From: Octopus bimaculoides
Taxonomy: Eukaryota
Length of the DNA: 42,379 nucleotides
Assembly: GCF_001194135.2 (NCBI RefSeq)
Contig: NC_068983.1
Location: 147,040,195 to 147,082,573 of the forward strand
Direction: 5' to 3'
Below, piece by piece: positions 9,373 to 20,532 of the stretch. Positions within the stretch are counted from its first letter, which is position 1; each line of letters starts with the position of its first letter. Below the pieces are notes generated by a model. That model was not told the DNA's origin. It searched no databases and was given only the letters and a program-made list of their open reading frames with translations. Made by a program: the position numbers and the translations under genes.

Positions 9373-10775
9373 TTTCATTTATTTACCACAAGGGTGAAGG
9401 ATGAGGGGGACAATACAAAGACAGACATAAAATATGGGGGTTTACATATAATGAGATGATAAAGAAAATGGTATGAAAGTAAGTATACACAGTAAACACT
9501 GAAAAAGAAGGGACATATGCATAGCATACAAAAGTTTAGAAAAAAATAAAGAGGGAGGGGGGCAAGATAGAGATGTGCCCCTCCTAATACAGGAAGACCT
9601 CTAGGGATAATCGAAGAACCCCACTGTCCGAGGTTTCCATGAAACCCCATTTTCTTCAATTCATTCTCTCCGACTCACAGATCTACACTTAGTGTGATAC
9701 CACCCACTCTTGCCATTTTCGCAACTTTCGCCCAACTTTCAATAAACTCACTCGAGAACAGCTCTTCCCTTTCCACTCTCAATTTCCTTTTCAAGTGAAA
9801 CTTGAAAAAGTCAATGAGAGCTCTACCAAGGAGGAATGTATTTTTCCTCATGCCTTGTTGCCTTGTTCACCAAACAATCTCTTTCGCCATAGCCACCAGG
9901 AAAAGGAAAACTGCCTTGCCTGCCTGATTGAAGTAGGGCGGCGGTGCGATCATCACTACAAAATCGGCCGACAGACGGATCCGTCCCACACGTAACAACA
10001 GCTGTTCGACACGACCCCAAAAGTCAGCAAGCCTGGACACTGAACGAGGGCGTGCAGGATGGTTTCGTCATTCTGCGCGCACCTCGAACGAGCCCGTCTG
10101 ACAGCACATCCGTACATGTAGAGTTTATGTCGAACCAATAGCGTGCCCAGTAGCACTGCCAGACCATGGACATCTGGAAATTTTCCATAATAGTTCCCGA
10201 TAGGAAAGTCCTCCGGAACAGACTAACCAGTTCGTTCTCGTCGGTACCCAGTTTCCCTGAGAATGTCGACGCACTTTTCCGTCACTAATCCTCTATAAAT
10301 TTTCTAAAGCGGAACATAAACCGATCTCATTGCCCGACTGGTAGAGGGCTGTGAGCACCTACGGCATTCTAGGGCCAGGCGCCCCGTTGCGGTCTTTTCT
10401 TCACCCAAGACTGCAACTCAATCAAGGGAGACAAGCTGTGGAAAGACGAACCTCAGAAATGGAGCCCACACACGCTCACCGTCCAGAAATCGTTGCAGGT
10501 GGTGTAACCTAAAAGCGTGTCTACACATTAGGATCCACAGCATATCGAATCCGCCACTCAGAGGATACTGGCAACAGACTGGCTGACTGACCATTGGAAT
10601 ACGTCCCTTCCACAAGAATTTAAATAAGAAACGCTGCAGCCTGGTCAAGTAGCAACCAGGACAAGGCACGACGGTCAGGTGATGAATGATAACGAAGGCG
10701 ATGTAAGCATTCGCTACCTCTGCCTGACCTTTCAGGGACAGTTTCCTCTCAGCCCATTTCTGGGTAAGACTTGCC
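9373..10775 (-). mobile_element. Tx1/L1-clade LINE 3' portion (post-RT region, CCHC, 3' UTR)
   Basis: W..RKLSLKGQAEV..FLFKFLWKGR..GG; RC...ETILHALVQCP; 3' UTR matches 29330-29938. Confidence 0.85.
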
Positions 10776-11976
10776 ATTACATTTTAATCAACTAAATATG
10801 AACCATTTGTTACACAATGCGTCTCCATCTTTCCTTTAAGTTGAAAATACCCTCTTCCCAGAATTGAGGTGGTTTCATGGCAAAGAATTCATCAAGGTAT
10901 CTTTTTACGTCCTCCAAGGAATTGAAATTCTTCCCATTAAGACTATTCTGCAGAGACCTGAATAAGTGGAAATCCGAAGGAGCAATATCTGGTGAATATG
11001 GAGGGTAGAGTAACACATCCCAGTCGAGCTGCAGCAATTTTTGTCAGGTTCCCAAAGAAACTTGCGGTCTTGCATTATCATGTTGGAAAACAACACCCTT
11101 CCTGTTGGCCAATTCTGGACGTTTCTCTTGAATTGCTGCTTTTAACTCGTCTAGTTGTGTGCAGTATTTCTCAGAATTAATTGTCTAGTTACTTGGGAGA
11201 AGCTCATAGTACAGAATTCCTTTCACATCCCACCAGACACAAAGCAAAACTTTTTAAGGCTGGCTAAGGGTGACTCATGTCGCTTACTCCGGAATCGCTT
11301 TCTTTGAACATTTCAGTAGATAATCCATTTCTCATCATCTGTCACAATTTGCTTTTAAAAAGGCACGTTTTCCTTCCGTTTATAAAGCGAATCACAGATG
11401 GAAATGCGATCCAAAAGGTTCTTCTCACTCAACTCATGTGGTACCCAAACATCGTAGCGATTAGTGTACCCAAGCTTTACCAGGTGCTCATGAACGACGG
11501 ATTTTGATAGGTTGAGGCTTTCTGCCAATTCTCGGGTTGTGCAATGTGGGTTATTCTCAATTAATGACTTGATTTGGTCATCATCTGTAGTGGATGGTCT
11601 GCCTATTCGCTCTTTAACAATAAGGCTACAATCTCCAGCTCGGAACCTTGCGAACAACTTCCGTGCAGTTCTTTCGGGTAAAGAAACATCACCGTAAATT
11701 GCACATATTTCTTTGGTTACTTGTGAGGCATTTTTCCCTTTACGGAAAAAGAAAAGCATCAAGTGCCGAAAATGAACTTTCTTATCTTCCATTTTAAAGG
11801 GTTACAAAATTAACACAGGTTATAGGAACATAAACCTTCTTCCACGAAAAGATAGCTTAAACTGTGCTCTAAATGGAAGTGTAGTCAAATCTTATTTTAT
11901 AGACTCAACCATGTTCTAAAATAAGTCGAAAGGTAAGCTACTATAAATCGGCACGAACTTTCCGGACAGCCCAATA
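10776..11976 (-). mobile_element. Mariner (DD34D-type) transposon, near full length, disabled transposase, one TIR
   Basis: MEDKKVHFRHLMLFFFRKG..WVPHEL (11355-11792); YSPDIAPSDFHLF (10810-11037); TIR-like TATTGGGCTGTCCGGAAAGTTCGTGCCGATTT on the minus strand at 11945-11976. Confidence 0.92.
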
Positions 11977-12024
11977 GTTCCAACTTATTTGGTCTTCCTG
12001 AGCCGAAACTTCATTTTTCGAAAC

Positions 12025-12310
12025 TCCTCTCTCCACCCCGTCGGAAAAATGTTTCCCCACAAATTTCTTTATAATCGTAATCTATGCCGTTTGAAAGGTA
12101 TTTGTATAAAATTTCATTAAAAGATATCCATTTTCCTGAAAGTTATGGCGGAAAAAATTCGAATCGTGTGAATTTTCCTAAACAACTCTCCCTACCCCTA
12201 GAAAAATTATTTTCCATAAATCCCTACACATTCTGAATCCACATTAACTAAGCGGTATTTGTTGAAAATTTCGTTAAAAAGTATCCATTTTTCTGGAAAT
12301 TAGGAGGCAA
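12025..12310. repeat. ~157-bp diverged tandem dimer, probably from a non-autonomous DNA/rolling-circle element
   Basis: CTCTCC at 12029/12186; GGTATTTG..AAATTTC.TTAAAA..TATCCATTTT at 12097/12254. Confidence 0.65.
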
Positions 12311-12767
12311 CAAATTCGGGGTTTGGGGGTTAACATCTGTAGTTATACCAGTACCTTCATAAATAGCCCAAACGGTGCATAATGGGGAAATTCTCTGAAA
12401 GTAACATGGTCTTGAAATGGGAAAATTGTTTACATTATATAACAATTCCTTTTGCATTTTTGTAGAAGTGAGCACATATACCATAGATAAATGTTGTTAC
12501 TGGAGTTAAAGTTATCCCTGAAGTTCTATTTCTGAAGTTCTATTTCTATTTCAATAAAACCTTAAACATGAACTTGTAACCCAGACCTGTGATTACACGA
12601 ACAAATTGAAATATTTAAGTGAATCATCATAAAATTAACTTTCATTTCAGTGCTATATTGAAATCAGCTTCCATGTTTTATAAACTGAACCGTCAGTGAC
12701 ACAACGGGTCACGGGTAGTGTAGTAGTCATTAAAGATTGGGAAGAAAATACGTGTAGACTAATAGAT

Positions 12768-12995
12768 GTAAGTGTTCTCTCTGATAAAAAAATATATCTG
12801 TAAAGCAATTTGACAAACTAAGTAACTACAAGGAACTGGAAATTGAAATACAAAAATGCAGCATCTTAAAGCCTGAACTGTTCTTGTTATTGCATGATTA
12901 GAAAGAGGTGTCAGAAACATCTAGATAAGATCGCAGAAGAAATCCAAAAGATTGTGCTGGCAAGTACTGCCCACATCCTTAGAAAAACTCTATAC
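12768..12995 (+). mobile_element. Diverged R4-like RLE LINE 3' fragment
   Basis: KLSNYKELEIEI...EIQKIVLASTAHILRKTL, homologous to the RLE C-terminus at 9000-9200. Confidence 0.65.
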
Positions 12996-13437
12996 ATTTA
13001 AATGTCTGTGATGTATTACATGAAGATATTTCGCTGCTACCCCTGTCAAATGCATTCATATAGTCGATCCATGCAGTATTCGAATTATACTTTTTGTGAC
13101 AGTTTTCAAGGATCAGCTTATTAATCAATAATTGATTTTACAAATATGCATCATCATCCTCATCATCGTCGTCGTCGTCGTCGTCGTTGTTGTCAAGAGA
13201 CGTTTCAGACATATTAAATTCAATTGCATTCAATATAGACAATAAGAAAATTTTAAACATTTGAAGACCATCGTAGGATAGGTCTTTTTATGATATTTGA
13301 AAATTGTATGTCAATGACCTAAATTACATTGCAATTTTGTATTCATACTTGTGTCAGAAATGTTTATGGTGTGCATTTACGATCTTGTGTCGGTGAATTG
13401 ATATTGAAATTCAACACGGATCTATCACGCTACACTG

Positions 13438-13541
13438 GTAAAGTTGACCTCAGTGGAATTTGAACTCAGAATGTAAAGACGGGCGAAATACTGCTAAGCA
13501 TTTCGCCCAGCGTGCTGACGATTCTGCCAGCTCACAGCCTT
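13438..13541 (-). mobile_element. SINE family C 5' part
   Basis: Reverse complement of AGGC..GAGCTGGCAGAATCGTCAGCACGCTGGGCG..GAGTTCAAATTCC. Confidence 0.85.
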
Positions 13542-13550
13542 ATACTAATA

Positions 13551-13580
13551 ACTCGCGGGACCCGTGAATATTTCACGGAA
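13551..13580 (-). mobile_element. Possible Helitron-like 3' terminus
   Basis: 17-nt hairpin CCGTGAA-tat-TTCACGG (13562-13578) ending 10 nt from CGAG|T (consensus CTRR|T, one mismatch). Confidence 0.45.
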
Positions 13581-13796
13581 TTAAGGGTAAACCTATTGGA
13601 TTATTTCTGAAAACTTTATCCAAAAGACCTGAAAGCGTAGCCTCTGTTGTGTCTGTATGGAAATATAGTCACTCGACTGCTACTCATTGAAAAGTGAAAG
13701 AAATTGGAATACGATGGTTTCTTAATGCATTCTATATACTTTATGCACGAGTTTATAGAAAGCACTCATAAAATAAATATTCACTCTTATTTTTCC

Positions 13797-14000
13797 CGGG
13801 ATTGCGCACTTTTGCGCTTCCCCAACCAGCCTACCGACGACAAGTGCCAACCTTTTCGCTAACACCTTGGCCAAAATCTTAAACTCTGTGTTTAACAGAG
13901 TTATGGATCGAAAATTCCTTTGTATATCCCTATTGTCGGTATTCTTTCTCAACAGCGTTACCACATCCCGGCTAACAGCACTAGGAATTCTTGGAACTGC
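13797..14000 (-). mobile_element. Tx1/L1-clade RT motifs 0-2 fragment
   Basis: NFRSITLLNTEFKILAKVLAKRL..LVGEAQKCAIPG. Confidence 0.85.
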
Positions 14001-14125
14001 ATACATTGCTTCAAGTACTGTCAGTCTTAGGTCCTTGTTGTGACTTGACAGACAGTACAACCCCGCGGTAGACACTATATCTTCAATCAACAACATCACG
14101 ATACTGGATACTGCGCGACGTCTTA

Positions 14126-14203
14126 ACTACTACTACTACCACTACTACTACCACTACCACTACCACTACTACTACTACTACTACTAATAATAATAATAAT
14201 AAT
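14126..14203. repeat. (CTA)n/(CCACTA)n/(TAA)n microsatellite
   Basis: Direct reading. Confidence 0.9.
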
Positions 14204-14632
14204 GCATTTTTATATCTTAACTACGATGTGATGTTCCATAGATAGACCCCTTTGTCGTAAATACGATGTAGTATTTTATAGATAGATTACTATGGTTTTG
14301 CTAAAACTTTGAGGTGTTGTTCATAGATTTCTATATCTTACCTATGCTATGCCGAGCTTGTGGACACGCCACTCAAAAATCTAGACTCCTATACAAAAAT
14401 TTGTTCCCATGCTGGAATATCGGCGAGTTTACCTGTTTCCTCTGCACCCCCCTCTCTCACTCGATCTTCAGTGCTGCTGTAAGCATTCACCACGATAGGA
14501 TGGCTATTTAACACCCCCGACCAAAAATATGTCAGCCTTTTCTATTACTTCAAACTATGAAATATCACTGTATGTGATTCAAAGAATGGAGATGTTTTTG
14601 GAAAATTATCTATGTTTGCTAAAACTTTGAGA

Positions 14633-15041
14633 TACTCTTTACTCTTTACTCTTTTACTCTTTTACTTGTTTCAGTCATTTGACTGTGGCCATGCTGGAGC
14701 ACTGCCTTTTAGTCGAACTAATCGACCCCAGGACTTATTCTTTATAAGCCTAGTACTTATTCTATCGGTCTCTTTAGCCGAACCGCTAAGTTATGGGGAC
14801 GTAAACACACCAGCATCGGTTGTCAAGCGATGTTGGGGGAGGGACAAACACAGACACACAAACATATACACATACATACAAATATATATACACATATACG
14901 ACGGGCTTCTTTCAGTTTCCGTCTACCAAATCCACTCACAAGGCTTTGGTCGGCCCGAGGCTATAGTAGAAGACACTTGCCCAAGGTGCCACGCAGTGGG
15001 ACTGAACCCGGGACCATGTGGTTGGTAAGCAAGCTACTTAC
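14633..15041 (-). mobile_element. SINE A/B composite, near complete
   Basis: Contiguous B tail, internal CA/TA tract and A head with a B-box; about 20 bp of the 5' end missing. Confidence 0.92.
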
Positions 15042-15494
15042 AGATTCCTTTATCATAAATACGATGTGTTTATAGATAGATTACTGTAGTTTTACTAAAA
15101 CTTTGAAATGTTGTTCATTGATTTCTATATCTTAGCTATGCTATGCCCAACTTGTCGACACTCCTCTCAAAAATCCCCTCCCATCCACCTCCAATCCACA
15201 ACCAGGCCTGTCAACTACCAGTTCAATCAAATAGCCTGTATTAGTAGATACAACACCCCACTCTCCTATTTAGCGCCGCAACAATATCAGTAGTTAAACC
15301 AACAGCCGTTAATCTGCCATCATTAATGTTTAACGAAATAGCGGAGACAGTATTAGTACCTCTAGGCTTTATACTAATAAAATGATTATAGGAATAAGAG
15401 TGAAACTATAATAGTGAACAAGTAACTAATAAGGTAGGGATTATAGTAGTAATAGTGGAATTATAATAGTGAGCAAGTAAATAATAACAAGGAG

Positions 15495-16885
15495 TAGTAG
15501 CAAGCAAAGCCAAAATGGAATGATATGACAATAGAACAAAGCAATTAAGGCAAAACAGATTTTTTGAAGGAAATCAGAAGAAACTGTTTCCGAAACTAGA
15601 TGGACAATTACACGTAACAATGATACAAGATGCAGAGGAAGGCAGAGCATTCTGGAGAGAGGCTTCCTACAGAGCATAATGATGAAGCGGAGTGGCTGCA
15701 TGAAATCCAATGTAGGTTAAGAAATATAGAAGGCCAAGAAGACAAAAACAACTACAAAAGTGATAAAAACGCAGTTAAGAAAACTCCCAAATTAGAAGCG
15801 CCCAGGACCGGACGGAGTCCAAGGTTATGGATGAAGAAGCTGAGAGGGCTCCATGAAAGGATAGCGAAACAGCTTGGCGAGTGCTCGCAGGAAGGCGCAA
15901 TACCCAGTTGGATGACAAAGAGAAAGACATTGCGATGTGCTAAGGATCCTGAAAAGGAAAATGTTGTATCCGACTTTCGGCCAATATCGTGTCTTCTGCT
16001 AATGTGGAAACTATTATAAGGTGTTTTGGCCGATGAGATATTTAGAAAAAAGTGGGCTGCTACATATTGAACAGAAAGGGTTCCGAAAGAGGAGCCGGAG
16101 AACCAGTGATCAGCTCTTAATCGATAATCTAGTTATCAGAAGCTGCAAGACAGAACACAAATCTGAGCAAGGCATGGGTTGACTATCGAAAAGCATACGA
16201 TATGATACCACACTCCTGGATAATAAGAACAATGGAAATGTATGGAGTAGCAGAAAATATGAGAAGATTTATAAGGAACAGTATGAAATGGTGAAGAACG
16301 GAATTGATAGCAGGGGATCAAGTATTAGAAGAGGTGAAAATCAAGAGAGGAATCTTCCAGGGGGACAGTGTGTCCCCACTGATATTTGTGCTGAAATACT
16401 ATAGAAAACAAAGTTGGGGTATGACCTGGGAAGAGGTAAGAGAAAACTGAACCCCTTGCTTTCATGCTTTCACAAAAAGTGAGGTAGAACTGGACAGCCT
16501 AGTCCAGTCTGTGCGGATTTTCTCCAGTGATATTAAGATGGAGTTTGGGCTCACAAAATGCGCTACGATGGTGATGAGATGAGGAAAGTTTGTCAGGGCA
16601 GAAGAGTTATGTTTGCCGAGTGGTGAAATGATGAAGGCGGTTCAACCTCAATCCAGCTATAAATACCTGAGAATACTTGAGGCAGATGAAATTAAACACA
16701 ACATGAAGGAAAAAACAAAAAGAGTGTACCTGCAGTGAGTGAGAAAAATACTGGCTTCAAAGTTGAATGCCAGAAAGATAATTTCCACAATAAACTCGCG
16801 CAGTCGCTGAACTGGACAGAGGAGGAGCTAAAGGAAATGGACAGAAAGTCAAGAAAGCTCCTAACGATGCATGGAACCCATCATC
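15495..16885 (+). mobile_element. R4/Dong-like LINE (family 2) RT region, decayed
   Basis: EHNDEAEWL; FRPISCLLLMWKLL; DQLLID; AWVDYRKAYDMIPHSWII; RGIFQGDSVSPL; the expected (F/Y)MDD motif appears deleted near 16460. Confidence 0.9.
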
Positions 16886-17498
16886 CACGTCGTAATACTA
16901 TTGTCTTATGTTCCCTTTTAAACAATAATATGAACGAAGACGCTAGTTTTGATAACAAAAATACCTGACAAGCTTCCACCGACGTTCTAGCCTTCCAACC
17001 GGAAGTTCTTTACACTTAATTTTATCGCTGTCCATAGAGTCCGTCGTGTTTTACGATTCGTTATCAGTTTTGTCCTCAAAATTGTTACTCGTGTCAGCGA
17101 AAATTATATTCCCGTGACTTTTCCTGCCGTCATAAACTGGTCTGTTTTGTGTTCGAAAGTTATGCCCCTCCACGCTATTTTTCGCTTGCGAACTTGTAAA
17201 CAATTCTCAAATACTAATATTTGGGCGCAAGGCCCTAAAATTATTTAGTTTTTTTTTTCTGGGGACAAAGACTATTGAGGACAAAGCAAATATGAAATCG
17301 CGAAACTTGCTATGCTTACTATTTTCAGATGGGGTGTTCTCCAAAATATTCATAGCAATGAACTCTTTCATTCGAGTTCAAATAATATTAATTTCTCTTA
17401 AAAAGACAAAATTATTTTGATTTCTTGAAATTATCACCTTTTTGTTTTCGTCACCTAAAGCCAACTAACGTTTCTTGTAGTCAATATCTTTTGACAAG

Positions 17499-17720
17499 AA
17501 GGCAGCGAGCTGGCAAAATCGTTAGTACGCTGGGCGAAAAATGCTAAGTGGTATTTCGTCTGCCGTAGCGTTCTGAGTTCAAATTCCGCCGAGGTCGACT
17601 TTGCCTTTCATCCTTTCGGATTAAATAAGTACCAGTTACCCAATGGGATCGATGTAATCCTTTTGTCTGTCCTTGTTTGTCCCCATTATGTTTAGCCCCT
17701 TGTGGGCAATAAAGAAATAA
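17499..17720 (+). mobile_element. SINE family C, tail type 1
   Basis: tRNA-like head, central CCTTTCATCCTTTCG domain, tail TTTAGCCCCTTGTGGGCAATAAAGAAATA. Confidence 0.9.
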
Positions 17721-17735
17721 AAAATTTTTGACAAG

Positions 17736-17950
17736 AAGGCAGCGAGCTGGCAGAAACGTTAGCACGCCGGGCGAAATACTTAGCAGTATTTCGTCTGTAT
17801 TACGTTCTGAGTTCAAATTCCGCCGAGGTCGACTTTGCCTTTCATCCTTTCGAAGTCGATAAATTGAGTACCAGTTGTGATCTGCGGTCGATCTAATCGA
17901 CTAGCCTCCTCCCCCAAAATTTCGGGCCTTGTGCCTGGAGTAGAAAAAAT
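17736..17950 (+). mobile_element. SINE family C, tail type 2
   Basis: Same head and central domain; tail GGCCTTGTGCCTGGAGTAGAAAA. Confidence 0.9.
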
Positions 17951-18269
17951 AATATTTTTTGACAAGGTTTCCACCATATTATTCTTCCCATGAAACTCTT
18001 TCCTCTGAAATAAACCTCGAACGCAGAATAGTTATGGAAACAGCTTAGGCAATAGGCTAAATACCCTTAGAAAACGGTGAGGGAAGGGTGACCCACAAGC
18101 TGCTACAGTGTATCGAAACTCGTATCTCTCAAACTCCAACTCCATACAGCTAAGCGGCTCCAAAAGCTAAGCGACCCACAAGTACCGTATTTTATAATGC
18201 TAAATATCTTAAAATGCAAAAATATTCATCTCATAGAACTATTTCATTAGAATACAATTATTGTAGAGT

Positions 18270-18805
18270 TTCTTTTACAATAGCTGAGATATTTTCATTC
18301 AAAATCAATTTGGCGGGTTTCTTACCGTATGCTTCGTCACTTAAATCCGCACTACTTTTTGTAGTTAATACATTTTAACGGTATTTTCATCAAAAAATTC
18401 TTCTCAATGACCACATTCTTTTAAACCAAATTAATATATATTTTTCTTTTACAATAACTGAGATATTTTGATTCAAATTCAACTTTTCGTATTTCTCTCC
18501 CATTCTTGACCTCACATATTTTGATCTAACTTATCTTAATGAACCAAATTTCAATTATTTTATCTCAAATTGTATCTTAGGACTGGACGATCATTGCTAC
18601 AAAACGGCATTCAACTTGGTTGAGAACCGAATTAGTAATGAAGCCTAGAAGTGCTTGCGAGTAGCTAAAAATTAACCTTAAGAATATATTCACCTAATAC
18701 TACTGTAGGCGAATGATAAAGACATGGCATTGAATTTGGTTGAGAAGTGAATTAATGACAAAGCCTTGATGAGCTTGTAAGTCACTAAAATTTGATCTTA
18801 AGAAA
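18270..18805. repeat. Paired internal direct repeats (174-bp and 120-bp spacing), unclassified element
   Basis: 18273-18308 ~ 18447-18482; 18606-18684 ~ 18726-18804. Confidence 0.65.
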
Positions 18806-18879
18806 ACTCCGAAGGGCCGATTCAAACGGTGTTTTACAAAAAATTAAAAATTCGAATGCAGAATAGCAGCTTAGATTGG

Positions 18880-18965
18880 CTCTGGCAGGTTGTTACAAAG
18901 AATCGAACCTAGCATGTCCAGAACTCCAGTGAAGCGCTCTGTACCATTAAGTTCAGTGAGCCATG
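18880..18965 (-). mobile_element. Degenerate tRNA-like SINE head
   Basis: B-box-like AGGTTCGATTCT and an A-box-like segment on the minus strand. Confidence 0.4.
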
Positions 18966-19084
18966 TAATCAGGTGCGATCATTATGCTAAATATCATAAG
19001 CGGACTAAAATATTTTGATTAGTTAAAACGTTAACCATTTTTCTGTCACTTAAGGCAACATTATTTTTTCTAGCGAGTTATTTT

Positions 19085-20532
19085 ATTAAGTTCCTCATTT
19101 ATTAAGTCAACTTGAGTTAAATGATTTAGCTAGAAACTTGGGTTTTACTAAAGAAAAGTCAGAACTACTGGGCTCCAGGTTGAAACAATGGAATATTTTA
19201 CACGATGATGTAAAATGCTCGTATTTTCGAAAACGCCATACAGAATTGCATGAATTTTTTACGGAGAAAGACTGTATTTGTTTTTGTTGTGGTGTTGAAG
19301 GACTCCTACGTGAGAGGGGGTACGGCCATAATCCTGAAGTCACTTCATAGATTCCAGCAAAGCAATCCTAAAAGCTGTTTTGCTGCATAATGGCAATCAA
19401 AAACATTCAATACCACTAGCACATGCTGTAGGATTAAAGGAAACTTATAAGTCAATGGATGAAATTTTGCACTTGATTAAATATTCTGAGCACAAGTGGA
19501 ATATATGCGGGGACTTAAAAGTTACTGGTTTGCTTCTTTGGTTGCAAATGGGGTATACAAAGCGTCAGTGCTTTTTGTGCCTTTGGAACAGCAGAGATGA
19601 CAAGCATCCTTATGATCAAAAAGAGTGGCCAAAGAGAAGTTATTTCACTCCAGGGGAAAGGCAACGTTAAATATATCCCTTTAGTTGACCCTCAGAAAAT
19701 TTACCTTCCTCCTTTACACATTAAAATTGGTTTGTTTAAGAATTTTGTTAAAGCCATGAATGAAGACGGTGAAGGATTCAAATATCTCAGTGAAAAATTT
19801 GTTTCTAGCAAGAGTGAAGCTAAGATTAAAACTGGTGTTTTTAATGGACCAGAAATTCGCACACTAATTTGTGATGAGCCTTTTCAAGAAAAATTAAGCT
19901 CAGTAGAGAAATCTGCTTGGGAAAAGTTTGTTTCTCTTGTAAAAAATTTTTGGGGAAAATGAAAAATCATCTACGTTACCCTTGTGAATAATATTTTTTT
20001 TTTAACTTATAAGCAACATGGAGCAAGAATGTTTCTAAAAATTCATTTTATCCACTCTCATCTTGACTTTTTTCCACCCAATATGGATGATGTAAGCGAT
20101 GAGCATGGTGAACGATTTCATCGAGAAATCAAAGAGCTAGAAAGCTGCCACAGTGGCTACTACTGGTTTTTAAAATGAAAAACGGACATGCAACATAAGC
20201 GTAAAAGAAGACACCAAAGCTATTTTTGAAAAACATAAAATTAATAATATTCACTTTACACTTTTCTTTTGTGTTTTATTGGTTTTAGAGGTACTTGTCC
20301 ACCTAGTTGCTATTGTTCTTATATGAAATAACGGTAATTTACGCTTAATATAACATTCATATTATTTGTCATGAATTTTCACATTATTGTAATCTTGATA
20401 GCAGTATAATAATGATAGTGCAAAAACGTGACGTGCTATAGCAAAATTGATTGCAGATTCGGAATCAGCGCTTCCAAATTACCGAATGAGTACCATTTCG
20501 TCTAATAGTAGCAAAAATTTTGATGTCTAGTG
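19085..20532 (+). mobile_element. DNA transposon, probably CMC/Chapaev3-type; 5'-truncated, disabled transposase, intact right end
   Basis: GSRLKQWN; FIDSSKAILKAVLLHNGN; ICGDLKV; CFLCLW; LPPLHIK; KIHFIHSHLDFFP; VSDEHGERFH; ends ...TTTTGATGTCTAGTG (reverse complement begins CAC). Superfamily assigned from memory of these motifs. Confidence 0.75.
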
